Shown here in pieces: positions 52,274 through 64,000 of a stretch of 64,000 nucleotides of DNA. Source of the stretch: Callorhinchus milii (Eukaryota); the NCBI RefSeq assembly GCF_018977255.1, contig NW_024704743.1:24058001-24122000 (forward strand). The letters run 5' to 3'. Under the pieces are notes generated by a model. It had not been told where the DNA came from. It saw only the letters and a program-made list of their open reading frames with translations, and searched no databases. Position numbers and translations under genes: made by a program. Every line of letters begins with the position of its first letter. Position 1 is the first letter of the stretch.

Positions 52274-52559
52274 GAGGGGTGCATATCAATCCTAAAGCCT
52301 TTAGAGGTCATTAACTCTGAGCCTCACCATCAGAACCAACAGCAAGACAGTCAAAGGCAACATGTGAAGCTTTTTTTTATTGAGCTGCTGAAGAGTTGCT
52401 GAGATTGAATGTACCTGAACGCTATCCATTAAGGTGTTAGCTACTGTCAGTCTGCTATTCACTATTGTATAATTGTGAAAAAGAACAAAGCTTCTATCCC
52501 ATGCTATTAACAATATATTGTTAAACAGAACAGCCTATTGTCATTGGGACAGAAAAGGT

Positions 52560-52915
52560 TGTGGAGTAATCTAATAGAGATCTTTTAAAATTATGAGGGG
52601 GTTTGATAGAGTTAATAGGGAGAAATTATTTTCACTGCTTGGTAACTGAAGGGCATCAATTTAAAATAATTAGGAAAGGAGCAAAAGGGGAGATTAGTAG
52701 GAATTATTATACACAAAGTTGTCATGATGTGGAAAGTCGTACCGGAAGCAAAGCTCGAGGCAAAATCTATATTAGATTTCAAGAGAGAACTAAACAGATA
52801 TCTAACAAGGGGGATGAGGAAAAGGTAGTGAATGGGACTTAATGAATTGCTCTTTTATTGAACCACAGACACAGTGGGCCAAATAGCTATCATCTATCCT
52901 GTAAATTTCTATGGT
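52560..52915 (+). mobile_element. Degenerate CR1 3' fragment
   Basis: LIEIFxIMRGFDRV, GHQFKI and RNYYTQ remnants; tail tcctgtaaatttctatg. Confidence 0.7.
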
Positions 52916-53188
52916 AAACTTTAAATTATGTTTCTACCATTGCAGTAGGATGAACACAGCCCAACCATTATTGGTAAAGGATGCTAACAATAATAACAAA
53001 GGGAAAGTCTATCCATGGATTAAAAGAGCACACTCAAAATATAGGCAAAATACTGCAAATCTAAAATAAAAGACATAAGTTGCTGGGAACACACAGCAAG
53101 TCAGACAGCATCTATGGAGAGAGCAAAGTGAGTTAAAGTTTCAGGTCGATGACCTTTCATCAGGTAACCATTCTGATGACTTTCCTAG

Positions 53189-53268
53189 TTTATTCAGTAA
53201 CTATATTTTGAGTGTAAAATAAAAACTTTTGTTTTTATTTTACACTCAAAATATAGTTACTGAATAAA
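53189..53268. repeat. Perfect inverted repeat, 38-bp arms with a 4-nt TTTT loop
   Basis: 53189-53226 is the exact reverse complement of 53231-53268. Confidence 0.97.
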
Positions 53269-53444
53269 AAATGCAAGTCATACAGAGATCAACATATTAA
53301 CAACTACTGGAGTGAAAAGGAGAAAATTGACTAAATCATTTGGCATTAATAATTTTAGATTTTTGGATAGAGAATGAACAAACCACACCAAAAATGAATG
53401 AAAGTAAGAACACCATGTGAGCTTCCTCAATAATTTATTTGTGT

Positions 53445-53740
53445 GTCAGCCTAGTGCTCAGTGGTAGCACTCTTGCCTCAGAGTCAGAATGTTTTGGGTT
53501 CAAACCCACATCGGGACTTGGAATCACACAGTCTAACATGACAAAATGCCTCAAATAAAATTGGTCACTCAGTCCGTGGCTGTTTATGGGACACTGCTGT
53601 GTGCCAACAAGCTGCCGAGTTTTGCCCACAAAATACAGTCAATCCATTTTACAGTATATCCTGTGAAGTGCTTTGAGAGATCTAGTTGATGTGATAAACT
53701 GCTATGATAAACACAAGGATTATTATTGTTATTATTATTT
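53445..53740 (+). mobile_element. Deu SINE with old-type head and young-type body/tail
   Basis: Head gctcagtggtagcactcttgcctcagagtcagaa; body ttggtcactcagtccgtggctgtttatgggac; (ATT)n tail. Confidence 0.75.
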
Positions 53741-54010
53741 ATCCAGCGAGTTTGTCCACTGTGTGGCTGAGCCATTCAGACCAGGAACATCCCAGTTTCA
53801 ATGCTGTGTTGATCTCAACTGAAGTGTGAGTGACTTCAACAGCACTGGGTTAGGGAGAAGAGAATCAGTGCTGGGCTACTTCTGCTCCAGCTGTTCAATA
53901 TCCAGTCACTATCCAGTGATCTTTGCTGGAAGTAGATATAGTTGTGTGAACTATAATCTATGGCAGACAAGTTATAATAATAAACCAATTTTGAGTTCTG
54001 CTCATGAAAA

Positions 54011-54372
54011 ATAATAACAATCCTTGCATTTGATACAGTGCCTGATCACATCATTGAGACGTCTCAAAGCACTTTATAGAATATACAGTAATGTAAAGTG
54101 TAGACAGTGTATATGTTGTGGGCAAAACGCAGCAGCCAATTGAGCACAGCCATGACCTACAAACAGTCACGGATTGAGTGATGAAATTATTGTTATTTTT
54201 ATTTGAAGGATTATTACCCCCGGAAAAATAATCTGCCAATCGGTTACTACTAGGTAAACAGAGGCAATTAGAGTAAGGAAACTTGCCTCAGGTTTCCCTC
54301 TGCCGGGAATTGAACCTGGGTCCTCTCTTGCCTGCTTGCGAGTGCTCTAATTACTACTCTACAGGACTCCAC
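54011..54372 (-). mobile_element. tRNA-Deu SINE, full length
   Basis: Reverse complement of the family. Confidence 0.9.
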
Positions 54373-54540
54373 AAGTTAACATAGCTAACGTTCTGTTGGA
54401 GTTGCCTTTATGAAAGGAGAAGAAGCAAATTCAGTTAATAATACTTTTAGGCAGATGGTATTTTAAATGCAGCGCTGCCAGAACATTCTCTGGATAATTC
54501 ATTTTTAGTCTTGTAAAATGCCTCCTGTTTCCTAAACAAG

Positions 54541-55322
54541 GTTAACTTCCACATGTATGCAGATGACACTCAACTCTACTTTTCCATCTTCAGCTGTGAC
54601 CCCCAGTCCCCTGATATTCTGTCAGTTTGTCTGTCAGACATCAAGAGCTGGATGAGTGCAAATTTCCTGCAGATAACAAGACGGAAACCATACTCTTCGG
54701 CTCCCACTGACATCTTGTCCCACGGTTCCGACCTCCTCAATCTACCTGACCTGTCCTTAAAACTCTCCGAACCCCTGCACAACTTAGGCATCGGGTTCAA
54801 TCCCCAATTATCCTTCCTCCCACACATCCAGCACCGCTTTCTTCCATCTCCACCACATTGCCCATCTCCGGCAATACCTCACCCCAAAAGCTACCGAAAC
54901 CCTTGTCCATTCCTTTGTCACCTCTCGGCTGGACTACTCTAATGCCCTCCTCGCCGGTCTCCCTTCTTCCACTATTCACAAAATCCAGCTCATTCAAAAC
55001 TCTGCCGTCTGCATTCCCACCTGCACCGAACTTCGTACCCCGATTACTCCAGCCCTTGTCAAACTCCACTGGCTCCGGCCTCCTCTGTGCCCCCGAATCC
55101 TCTGCTCCACCATCGGTGGCCGTGCCTTCAGTCACTATGCCCCAAAATGTTGGAACTCCCTCCCTCAACCCCTTCACCTTGCCCCCTCCTTCCCCATTTT
55201 CAGGTTGCACCTGAAGACCTTCTTCTTCAACCGTGCCTATGGTCACCTTCTCCCTCCCCCTGGCTCAGCCTTGGGCTCCACCAACGCTAAGCATTCTGAG
55301 ATGCCGCCTGGCGTGGAGGGCA
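54541..55322 (+). mobile_element. L2 LINE (second family), 5'-truncated
   Basis: Starts at [20 protein letters not shown] and KTFFFNRAY motifs follow. Confidence 0.9.
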
Positions 55323-55991
55323 CTAAAAAAAAATTAAGCAAAAGGATTTTAGAGACAAAAAAGTTTTTGATACTAGCTACATCTGTAATTCTGCAGAGAT
55401 GAGCCAGGCAAGGAGTTAATGCAATACAAACAATGCAGATGTATGCAATGCCTGTGGTGTATTAAACAATACTGTAAAGATGATTACTGGTATATCTATC
55501 TTAATCCCAGATTAACATGATGCACTACAGTCACATAAAGCGTGCATTCTCACGCCCTATTTGTATTGCTCTGTATTTCTCTCCCCTTTCTGTGCATCCC
55601 TTTATGTTATTTTTTTCTCTATGGCCTCAACTGCAACTAAGGTCTGTCCTCATTTGGGGTGGGGTGTGGTCGGTGCTGAGCTGGCTCCAAAGTGATGTGC
55701 TTGGAATGTAGAATTCAACACTCGACCTCTGTGGTAGTCTCTGTCATCCAGATCCTGAGCCCGGCAGGTCTACAGTACTAAAGGCATGGCTAGTGACAGA
55801 CCAACAAGCCTGGTTTGTTCGCAGAACATGAAGGGGCAATCCGGTCAATGGGAGAGGGATTCTTTCCACTTGGCTCCTATAGCACCTGCAAGTCAAAGTT
55901 CCAATGGGTAACTGGATAAGCAGCAATCACTTGGCCAGATAGCGCTCTCAATCACAATAACAACTTTCATTCGGACAACACCCTTCACATA

Positions 55992-56833
55992 GTCCTGGAT
56001 GAGGGCAAATTTCCTACAGTTGAATGTGAACAAGACTGAGGCCCTCCTGATTGGCTCGCGCCAGTGCCTCAGCACCTCAGGCTCTGGCAGCATCAACCTC
56101 CATGGTTGCACACTTCAACTCACCAAGCCATCAGGAACCTGGGTGTCTTGTTCAACCCTCAACTGTCTATTCTTCCCTACATCCAAGTCATGACCCGCTC
56201 TGCCTTCCCTCACCTCCGTAACATCGCCCGACTCCGCCACTACCTCACCCCTCAGGCCGCTGAAACTCTTGTTCATGCCTTCATCACCTCCAGCCTCGAC
56301 TATGCAAACGCTCTGCTTGTCGCCTTCCCAACTGCTCCCTCCACAGGCTGCAGATAATCCAGAACTCTGCAGCCCGTGTCCTTTCCGTAACCCCATCTCC
56401 CCATTTCTCGCCCGACTCTATTGGCTCCCTATCCTTCAGAGGATCCAGTTCAAGATCCTGGTCCTCACCGACAAAGCCCTCCTTGGCCTCGCCCCACCCT
56501 ACCTCTTAAACCCCTACCAACCCACCCGTTCCCTCCGCTCAGCCGGCTCCAGCCTGCTCCACGTCCCCCGACCCACCCGGCCCACTATTGGCGGGAGAGC
56601 CTTCAGCCACTCTGCTCCCAATCTCTGGAATTCCACCCCCAGTCACTCTGCCTCACCCCCTCCTTAGCCTCCTTCAAATCCCGCCTCAAGACCCTCCTCT
56701 TCGACCATGCCATCGGCCACCCCCCTTCCCCCTGATCCCAGCTCCGGTCTGAAATGCTATACACTGACCAGTGCCTTGGGACGTCCTCCTGACGTGAAAG
56801 GTGCTATACAAATGTAATATTGTTGTTGTTGTT
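55992..56833 (+). mobile_element. L2 LINE, 5'-truncated
   Basis: [21 protein letters not shown] onward, stem-loop and (TTG)n tail; same subfamily as 1475-2152. Confidence 0.93.
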
Positions 56834-58094
56834 CACATAGGATACATCTCGCAGCCTACACGGTGCACAGTAGCAAGGTTGGACAATGAGCTAGGAGGAA
56901 GGGGAGGAGATGAGATGACCTTAGGTGAAATCGAAGGAGTAGGTTTTAAGGTGGCAAGGAGTTCCAGAGGTAGAGGCTTATTGACTGAAGGTCAGCTACC
57001 GATGGTGGCATGGGGGAGGGGGGGTGTGGGGAGTGCAGCAGTCGTGTTAGCTGAGCATTGGGGGTGTATGCCTCCTTCACATGGAAATTTTGCATGGTTT
57101 GGATACGCTTGGGTTTCTGCAATTATCAAAGACCTGGCTGACCAAAAAAAACACTCTAAAACTCTGTCCAACTCTCTAGGAAGGCTGACTGTTTTGCTCT
57201 TGGTTACCTCCATTCACCCCTGTGGCATTATAGAGGTTAATGTGTAATGTTTCATGGCAGATTCATGATGTGATCCCAGCTAGGGCTTCCAGAACACATC
57301 TCCAAACTTGCCTTGTCTTTTTCACACCGTTATTTTGGGTGAGTCTTTTTCAGACCATTCGAATATAGCAAATATAGGAATATAGGAACAGAATGTAATT
57401 CAGCTTATTAAACCTGTTCCATCAGTTTGTTGGACTATGGCAGATCTTTTAATCACATTTCCTTGTCTTTTCTCCATAGTATTTATTTATGTCCCTTTTA
57501 AACATCCCAATTGTGACTGTACAGCCTTCTGGGGATAGTTAAATCAACATTTTCTCAATCCTCTGTGGAAGAAATATTTTCTGATCTCACTTCTAAATCA
57601 GCTTCGCACTGGACCAGAAACCATTTCTGAATTGTGTTACCTTTTAGAACTGTCATTTCAAAATTGTTGAAGCTTCACAAATGACTCCAGGTTGTCCTTC
57701 CAATGTTATATATTCATGGGCCACTAGACAGGATGAGTTTCTGGATATCATTCATCCAATTTGGTTTCAGGTGCTATTTTTCACGCTTTACGGGAGCCAT
57801 TAACAAAGGTCAATTGTCTACTGAAAGTTGTTAAGATGTTAAATTATGACTCATGAACTGTTGAAGAGCTAAAATCATTCCTGACGGCAAATTGTAGTGT
57901 GGAAATCACCTTTCTGACAGTTATCAACAGATAGTATTTTGAAATAAAACCCATGACTACAAAATGTCTCAAAGTGTATTGTTGTCGAGAATAGTGTCTG
58001 TGCATGTGTAACTAACTAAAATACAAAACATGGCATCTATTTATCACTCCACTTAGCATCATGCCAGCGCCTTGGGACGTCCTCCCGACGTGAA

Positions 58095-58680
58095 CTACGG
58101 GAACTCTCTCCTCGCCGGCCTTCCCGCCACCTCCCTCCACAAGCTGCAGGTCATTCAGAACTCTGCAGCTCGTGTACTGTCCCGCACCAGACTTCGGGAC
58201 CACATCACTCCCACTCTCGCTCGCCTCCACTGGCTCCCCATCCCCCAGAGGATCGAATTCAAGATCCTCATCCTCACCTACAAGGCCATTCACGGCCTTG
58301 CTCCCTCCTACCTCTCCGACCTACTACCCCCCTACTTACCTGCCCATACCCTCCGTTCCTCTGGCTCCGGTCTGCTCCACATCCCCCGCCCCAACCGCCC
58401 TACCATCGGTGGCCGGGCCTTCAGCCTCTCAGCCCCGAGGCTCTGGAACTCCATCCCCCAGTGCCTTCGCCGCCTCCTCCCTTTCCTCCTTCAAGGCCGG
58501 TCTCGAGACCTTTCTCCTCAACCGTGCCTTCAGCTCCCCTCTCGACTCTCTACCCCCTCCTCGCTCCCTCCCTTCCCTCACCATTTCCCCCCTGCTCGGG
58601 TCCTGACCCAACTGTCCAGGGCCTTGGGACGTCCTCCCAACGTGAAAGGCGCTCTATAAATGCAATCTTGTTGTTGTTGT
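58095..58680 (+). mobile_element. Young L2 nested inside another L2 3' stem-loop
   Basis: Close to 24365-25008. The host tail is split into 58065-58094 and 58681-58716. Confidence 0.92.
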
Positions 58681-59699
58681 TGAAAGGCGCTATGCAAATG
58701 TAATTTTGTTGCTGTTATCATGCCCTCCGTTGCTCATCCATTTACAGTGTTCAGTCGTTTTTGAAACTGTTTATACTGTTGTTTCTAGATATTCATTTCA
58801 TCACTGTGGGAGAATCCCCAAATTGTCAGGAATCATTTAAACACTTGACTAATAGTAGTAATAATCATTCCTGCCTTTGAAATAGGCCCCTTTCACATCA
58901 GGTGGGTGTCTCAAAGAGCTTCACAGGATTTACTGTATTGTGTAGTGACTATGTGTTTTGTTGACGGATAAGATGCCATTTCCTCCTCCCTGAGTTCAAT
59001 ACACTTTATCAGTACACCAAAAAATCTCGCTGACATGAGAGGGAGTTTCCGTGCTCCTGTGACCCGTAGCTTTCTACCAGAACCTGAAGTTTTAGTTTTG
59101 GTTTTGTATGTGTTTTTTTTTTAGCATTTCCAGTGGAGTGTGAACAGTGACAGCGAGAACAGCACCCAGCAGCGATAAAGCCACCAGCACTGAGCCATGA
59201 CAGACTGAACAGTACTGAGCGATGCTGGGGTTTTTTGGTCAGTCAGGCGTTTGACAAGTGGAAACCCATATCACCATACTTATTCAAACTAACCTGAGAA
59301 TTTGCATGTATGAGTACCACCCTACTCCTTAGGGCTTTGGCTTGCAGGGTTAACATGAGCTGAGTTGGACGAATCTCTGCCTCTCCAGGTGAGCCAGGCT
59401 GGCTGGTCTACCGTCAGCAGTACCCTTAAGTACTGAGGACCTGCCTAGCTCAGGAACCAGAATACCGAGATCGCCGCAGAGGATTGACTTGATTCTGATA
59501 TTCCATTGCCAAGCATGTCGCCTTGGAGCCAGTTTAATTCCAAGGAGACCGTGCTAACTTCCCCCAAGGAGGATAATCAGTGATAGACAGAGCAGCATTG
59601 AGTAGTGATAAGAGGCAACAGCTTAGAAAAGATTAGTTTGGATGAGTCAGAACTTCATGGCAGTTTTTCTGAAATAAAGTACCTTTTTTATTTTCCTCA

Positions 59700-60375
59700 A
59701 ATCTCCACATTTTTCTAGTCCTCTCCAGAAGTTTTATTCCTTTTTAGGGCAATGTTGCACCACACCCTGTGTCTATTACTCAGTTATGCGCCTCGAGAGT
59801 GAGTGTCGGCAGACTTTTCATCAAAGTGGGGCATCACAGAAGAACCTGATCTTGTAGTCAACTGTCATCCACACACATACACTCCCACACTCCCACCCAG
59901 CTAACCACTCACACCACACCCCCATACACACACCCCCACCCAGCCACACCCGCCCATACACACCCCGCCCCCACACACACCCCCTACACCACTCCCCCCA
60001 CACGCACACGCCCCCCCACACCCACCCATCCACCACACACTCCCACACCCCAACGCACACATTCCCACCTAGCCACACACGTACTCACACCCCAATGCAC
60101 ACATTCCCACCCAGCCACACACACACACACCCCCACACACACACCCACCCAGCCATACAGCAGCACCTGCCCACACACACCTCCCCCACACCACACCCCC
60201 ATACCCAACCACCCACCCACACACACAGGGTGTCTCTGGATCATGATTACGAATAGGAATGCTGGCGGATTTCCCCCTCCATAACCTGGAGTGCTGAGGC
60301 CAACTGTTGTGCCTTAGACAAAGATCTGCTAGTTCAGCACAGTCCACAGATCTGACATTCCTTATTATTGGTCTT
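59700..60375 (-). mobile_element. LF-SINE-like relic containing an expanded CA/CCA tract
   Basis: Left flank gagtgagtgtcggcag...ggggcatcacag...cctgatcttgt and right flank gctggcggatttccccct...gtgctgaggccaa correspond in reverse to the 46700-46980 type element. Confidence 0.55.
59868..60227. repeat. C/A-rich cryptic simple repeat
   Basis: About 360 bp of CACAC/CCCAC/CCCAGCCACAC variants. Confidence 0.95.
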
Positions 60376-62727
60376 GGCCGAATTTGCACAATCCTTTAAA
60401 AGAACTGGCTTCCAAATTGACGTTGAATTTAAGAATTTTCCAAAACGGTGCATGATTTTTAATTTTATGAGAATGATCTTACAGTTAAAACAGGAATAAA
60501 TACTACTACTGCTAATAAACCATACATTTGATATAGCACCTTATCATGTCAGTCAGACGTCTCAAAGCCCTTCACAGAAAATATTGTAAAGTGGATTGAC
60601 TGTGTACTTATGCCTGATCCACCTCCCATCTGTTCTGTGGTGAGATCGTGGTCAAGAGCACTACAGCTTACCGCTGAACATGGGGTAGAAACGCAGCATC
60701 AAAAACAACAGTATCTCGAGAAGAAGCTGTCTGCCAGGTTTCTTAGCTGAAGAAGCATGAATGGCACAAGGGACGTGAAACATTTTTAAGCTCCTTATCT
60801 CATTGGAAACAAAGCTCTTCAATGCTACAAGTCATTTGCTATGTAATACCTCCAAGTATAACATAACATTTTGCCCACGAAATACACTCAATCCACTTTA
60901 CAATATTTTCTGTGAAGTGCTTTGAGACATCTCAACGACATGATAAGGCACTATATCAAAATGCAAGGATAATTTTAATGTATTTTTGGCACTCCAAGCT
61001 CTTGAAATGGACCTTGGAAGGAGTCAAAGGTAGGAGCGAGGCATGGAAAGGAGTTCCAGAGAGTGGGGGAAGAAAGGCTGAAAGTCCCACCACCAATGGT
61101 GAGGCAGGCAGGGTGGGGGACGTGTAGCAAGCCAGTGTCTGCCGAGGGGTGGAAGTGGGATGGGTGGTAATGTTTTAGGTAGGGTCTGGCAATCTAACCC
61201 AGTTGAGTCAAGATCACGCAGAATTTGGGTGTTGTCACAAGTGTATACTATTTTGTACTGACTATACTGTAGAGCAATAATAATGGGCTTAGCTCATCAG
61301 GAGCTCTACATTTTCCAATAGCCAAGTAGACCGCAGTGGATTTGCATTTGCACATATGTGCAAACAGATGGCTAGAAATCAGGTGTGATCCTCGCACTGC
61401 AGGAAGCATTCAGGCCTAAACTAAAAAGGACGTAAACAGGATATTCGGCCCAAGTAATTTATGTCGCTATCTATAATCCACTTGAGTCTCCAGCTACTCC
61501 ATACTCCCTCCCATTTCCTTCTCCCTCATGAGTACCTCTTAAATGCATCTGTACTATCTGAATCTAACACCACTTCGGGCAGTGAATTCCACAATCTCAC
61601 TACTGTTTGCTGGAAGTAGTTCCTCCTAAAACCACCTGAGATCCCCAGTTGCTATCTTATACTTGTGTCCCTTGGTAACGTACTCCCCAACAAGTGGGAA
61701 CAGCCTATTATGTTAATCTTATCAAACCCATCAAATACCTGTATTAGGTCCCCAGTTAAACATCAACGGATGTCAAACCAGTCTGAAGAAATGTGACAAA
61801 AAGACCTCATTCAATTGCTTAAAGAAGGATGGTGTTTGTGGGATACCTTCTACTTTCTCTCTAACAAAATAAATTGGCTATTAATGTCTAAGCATGCAAG
61901 AGATATTCTATGCTCAATACTCATTGAGGGGGCTGATCTGTTGTTTGGGACTTGCCCTGACACCAGCACACCACTGCACTTATGTAGATGACGTTGCTTC
62001 AAGCAGTGACTTCACAGAGAACTCCAAAACTCGACCTTGTTACTGACTTGTCTATCAGCCAAAGGGTTTGAGCTGGGAATCATCAGTTTCTGCAGGTTGT
62101 ACTGTGTACAGACAGTGTTTAATGTACTAAAGTACTACCTCTGCTCGCAAAATTCTTCTCACATGACTGTCAATGTTAGGGGTGGTAGTCCTCAGGCCAC
62201 TAAGTTTGCTGACTTTAACACAGTGCATTAAACATGGGAAGAGTTGCTGGGTTTTAGCAGTTAACATTTTGATTAGTGCAATTCCTCCCCCTTCGAAATC
62301 TTTGTTAAAATGGATAAAAGACACGTTCCAGACCATTAGGTGCAGCATTGCACAGAGGAGAGGGCACCTTGACAACAAAGCCTTTACACCAGGCCATTAG
62401 TCAGCTGCTAAATGTGTCTAAAGTTGAAGCGTTTGGTTTAAGAGCAACATGTTGCATGGTCAGGCATGTGCTGCTTCCCTTTTTTTCTTCACCAGAGGGT
62501 GGGTAGAGCTGTAAAGTGTGATAAATGTCACTGCGACTTGTATTCATTTCTCCCAGAAACAATCTGTCCTCAAATTTAATGGTGACTATTTTACCGAGGT
62601 GTAAAATGTGGGGTGTGATATAATTATTACACAATGCAAAATGCTCTTTTGCTATCTATTAATTGGTTTGGGAGTAAAAACTTTGCTACCACCACTCGCC
62701 ACCCAATGACACTGGACCCCAAGTACA

Positions 62728-63750
62728 TTAGAATATACAGCACGGAAACAGGCCATTCGGCCCAACTGGTCTATGACAGTGTTTATGCTCCAAACGAGCC
62801 TCCTCTTGCCCTTCCTCAACTAAGCCTTCAAGCATAACCTTCTATTCCTTTCTCCCTCATGTACCTATTTAGCTTCCCCTTAAATATATCTATGCTATTT
62901 GCCTCAACAACTCCTTTGGTAGCATGTTCCACATTCTCACTACTCTCTGTGTAAAGAAATTTCTTCTAACTTCCCTATTTGATCTATTTGTGACTATTTT
63001 ATATTGATGGCCCCTGGTTTCGGTCTCCCCCACAAGTGGAAACATCCTCCCTATGTCTACCCTATCAAAACCTTTCATCATTTTGAAGACCTCTATCACT
63101 CCTTACCCTCCTCTTTTCAAGAGAAAAGAGTCCAAGCATGTTCAGCCTTTCCTGATAGGTATAACCTCTCAGTTCTGGGATTATCCTTGTGAATCTCCAG
63201 TGTATCTACATCCCTTCTATAATGTGGGGACCAGAACTGCTCACAGTCTGGTCGAAGCAAGGTTTTATAGCAGTTTACCATAACTTCCCTGCATTTCATT
63301 TCTATCACTCTAGAAATGAACCCCAATTTGTTTGCTTTTTTATGGCCTTATTAACCTGGGTTGCTACTTTTAGTGAATTGTGTAGTTTGCTCCTCTAGGT
63401 TTTAAGGTTAATTTAGGTTTTTATTTTCCAGGATGTATGTGACTTCCTTATTTCCTTCTACCAAAATGTACCACCTCACACTTTTCTACATTGAAATGTA
63501 CTTGCCATTTAAATGCCCACTCAGCAAGTTTATTAATGTCTTGCTGTAATTTGTTGCAGTCCTCCTCTGTATTAACTACTCCCCACAATTTGGTGTCGTC
63601 CGCAAATTGTTAAATTGTACTGCTGATTCCCGAATCCAACTCATTAACGTATATTGTGAACAACAGTGGTCCAATTACCCAATCCTTGTGGAACACCACT
63701 GCTCACCCCCTGCCAGTCTGAGTAGCTACCCTTTACCCCTATGCTCTGTA
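62728..63750 (-). mobile_element. CR1 LINE, 5'-truncated, degenerate
   Basis: Minus strand: SGVPQGL, FADDTKL, WQVHFNVEKCEVVHFGR, IEVFKMMKGFDRV and RRNFFTQRVVRMWN; CR1 3'UTR at the left end. Confidence 0.92.
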
Positions 63751-64000
63751 GTACCATCACTGCTTCAGATTAGATAAGTTAACACGACAGAGAGAGAATT
63801 CGGTAGTAATTTGGTTTATTATCAGGGTCCCTAGGTTTGTCATGTTCCTAGCCCACAAGCCATTACTTTAACATTTAAGACCATGAGGAAGTTTGTGATA
63901 CCATTTTAATTGCAAAGCCAATTTTGTGGAAAATCGGCTTTTAAATTTAAAATAAAATTCCCCCAAATATTTCAGAAATTCTGAGACAATAGTCTTAAAG

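Noticed and set aside
59821..60389. Gly/Val/Cys/Trp-rich ORFs
   Set aside because: They are translations of the CA-rich simple repeat.
60670..60770. Possible ANKRD33B exon 1 (minus-strand GTAAG donor), and a similar donor near 49115
   Set aside because: Both have an in-frame stop in the required phase 0 and no resemblance to the expected ...D.NGR exon end.

Overview
Repeat-rich vertebrate genomic DNA. The repeat inventory suggests a cartilaginous fish, plausibly a chimaera or elephant shark (inference): Deu-domain tRNA-SINEs, L2 and CR1 LINEs, LF-SINE-like relics. Two spliced genes face each other tail-to-tail. On the + strand are the last two coding exons of DAP (death-associated protein 1; 11262-11307 and 13261-13380), both missed by the ORF track. 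On the - strand are three coding exons of ANKRD33B (47374-47503, 38543-38683, 35858-36717). The upstream exons of both genes were not found in the window. The DAP/ANKRD33B neighbourhood matches the known human arrangement. The rest is mostly 5'-truncated L2 and CR1 copies, SINEs mobilised by L2, a small hAT-like element and simple repeats; most ORFs in the track are TE fragments or their antisense shadows. There are no prokaryotic features, CRISPR arrays, rRNA or bona fide tRNA genes, and I cannot support a new multi-gene system. The best leads are: a SINE/L2 3' stem-loop with a compensatory base pair and family-specific loops; L2 junctions at the YADD motif and inside the stem-loop; a perfect 38-bp-arm palindrome; a patchily homogenised 0.9-kb duplication; a 23-bp 3' extension shared by two SINEs; and an unclassified dispersed repeat. 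Exon coordinates were read base by base; TE boundaries are approximate.
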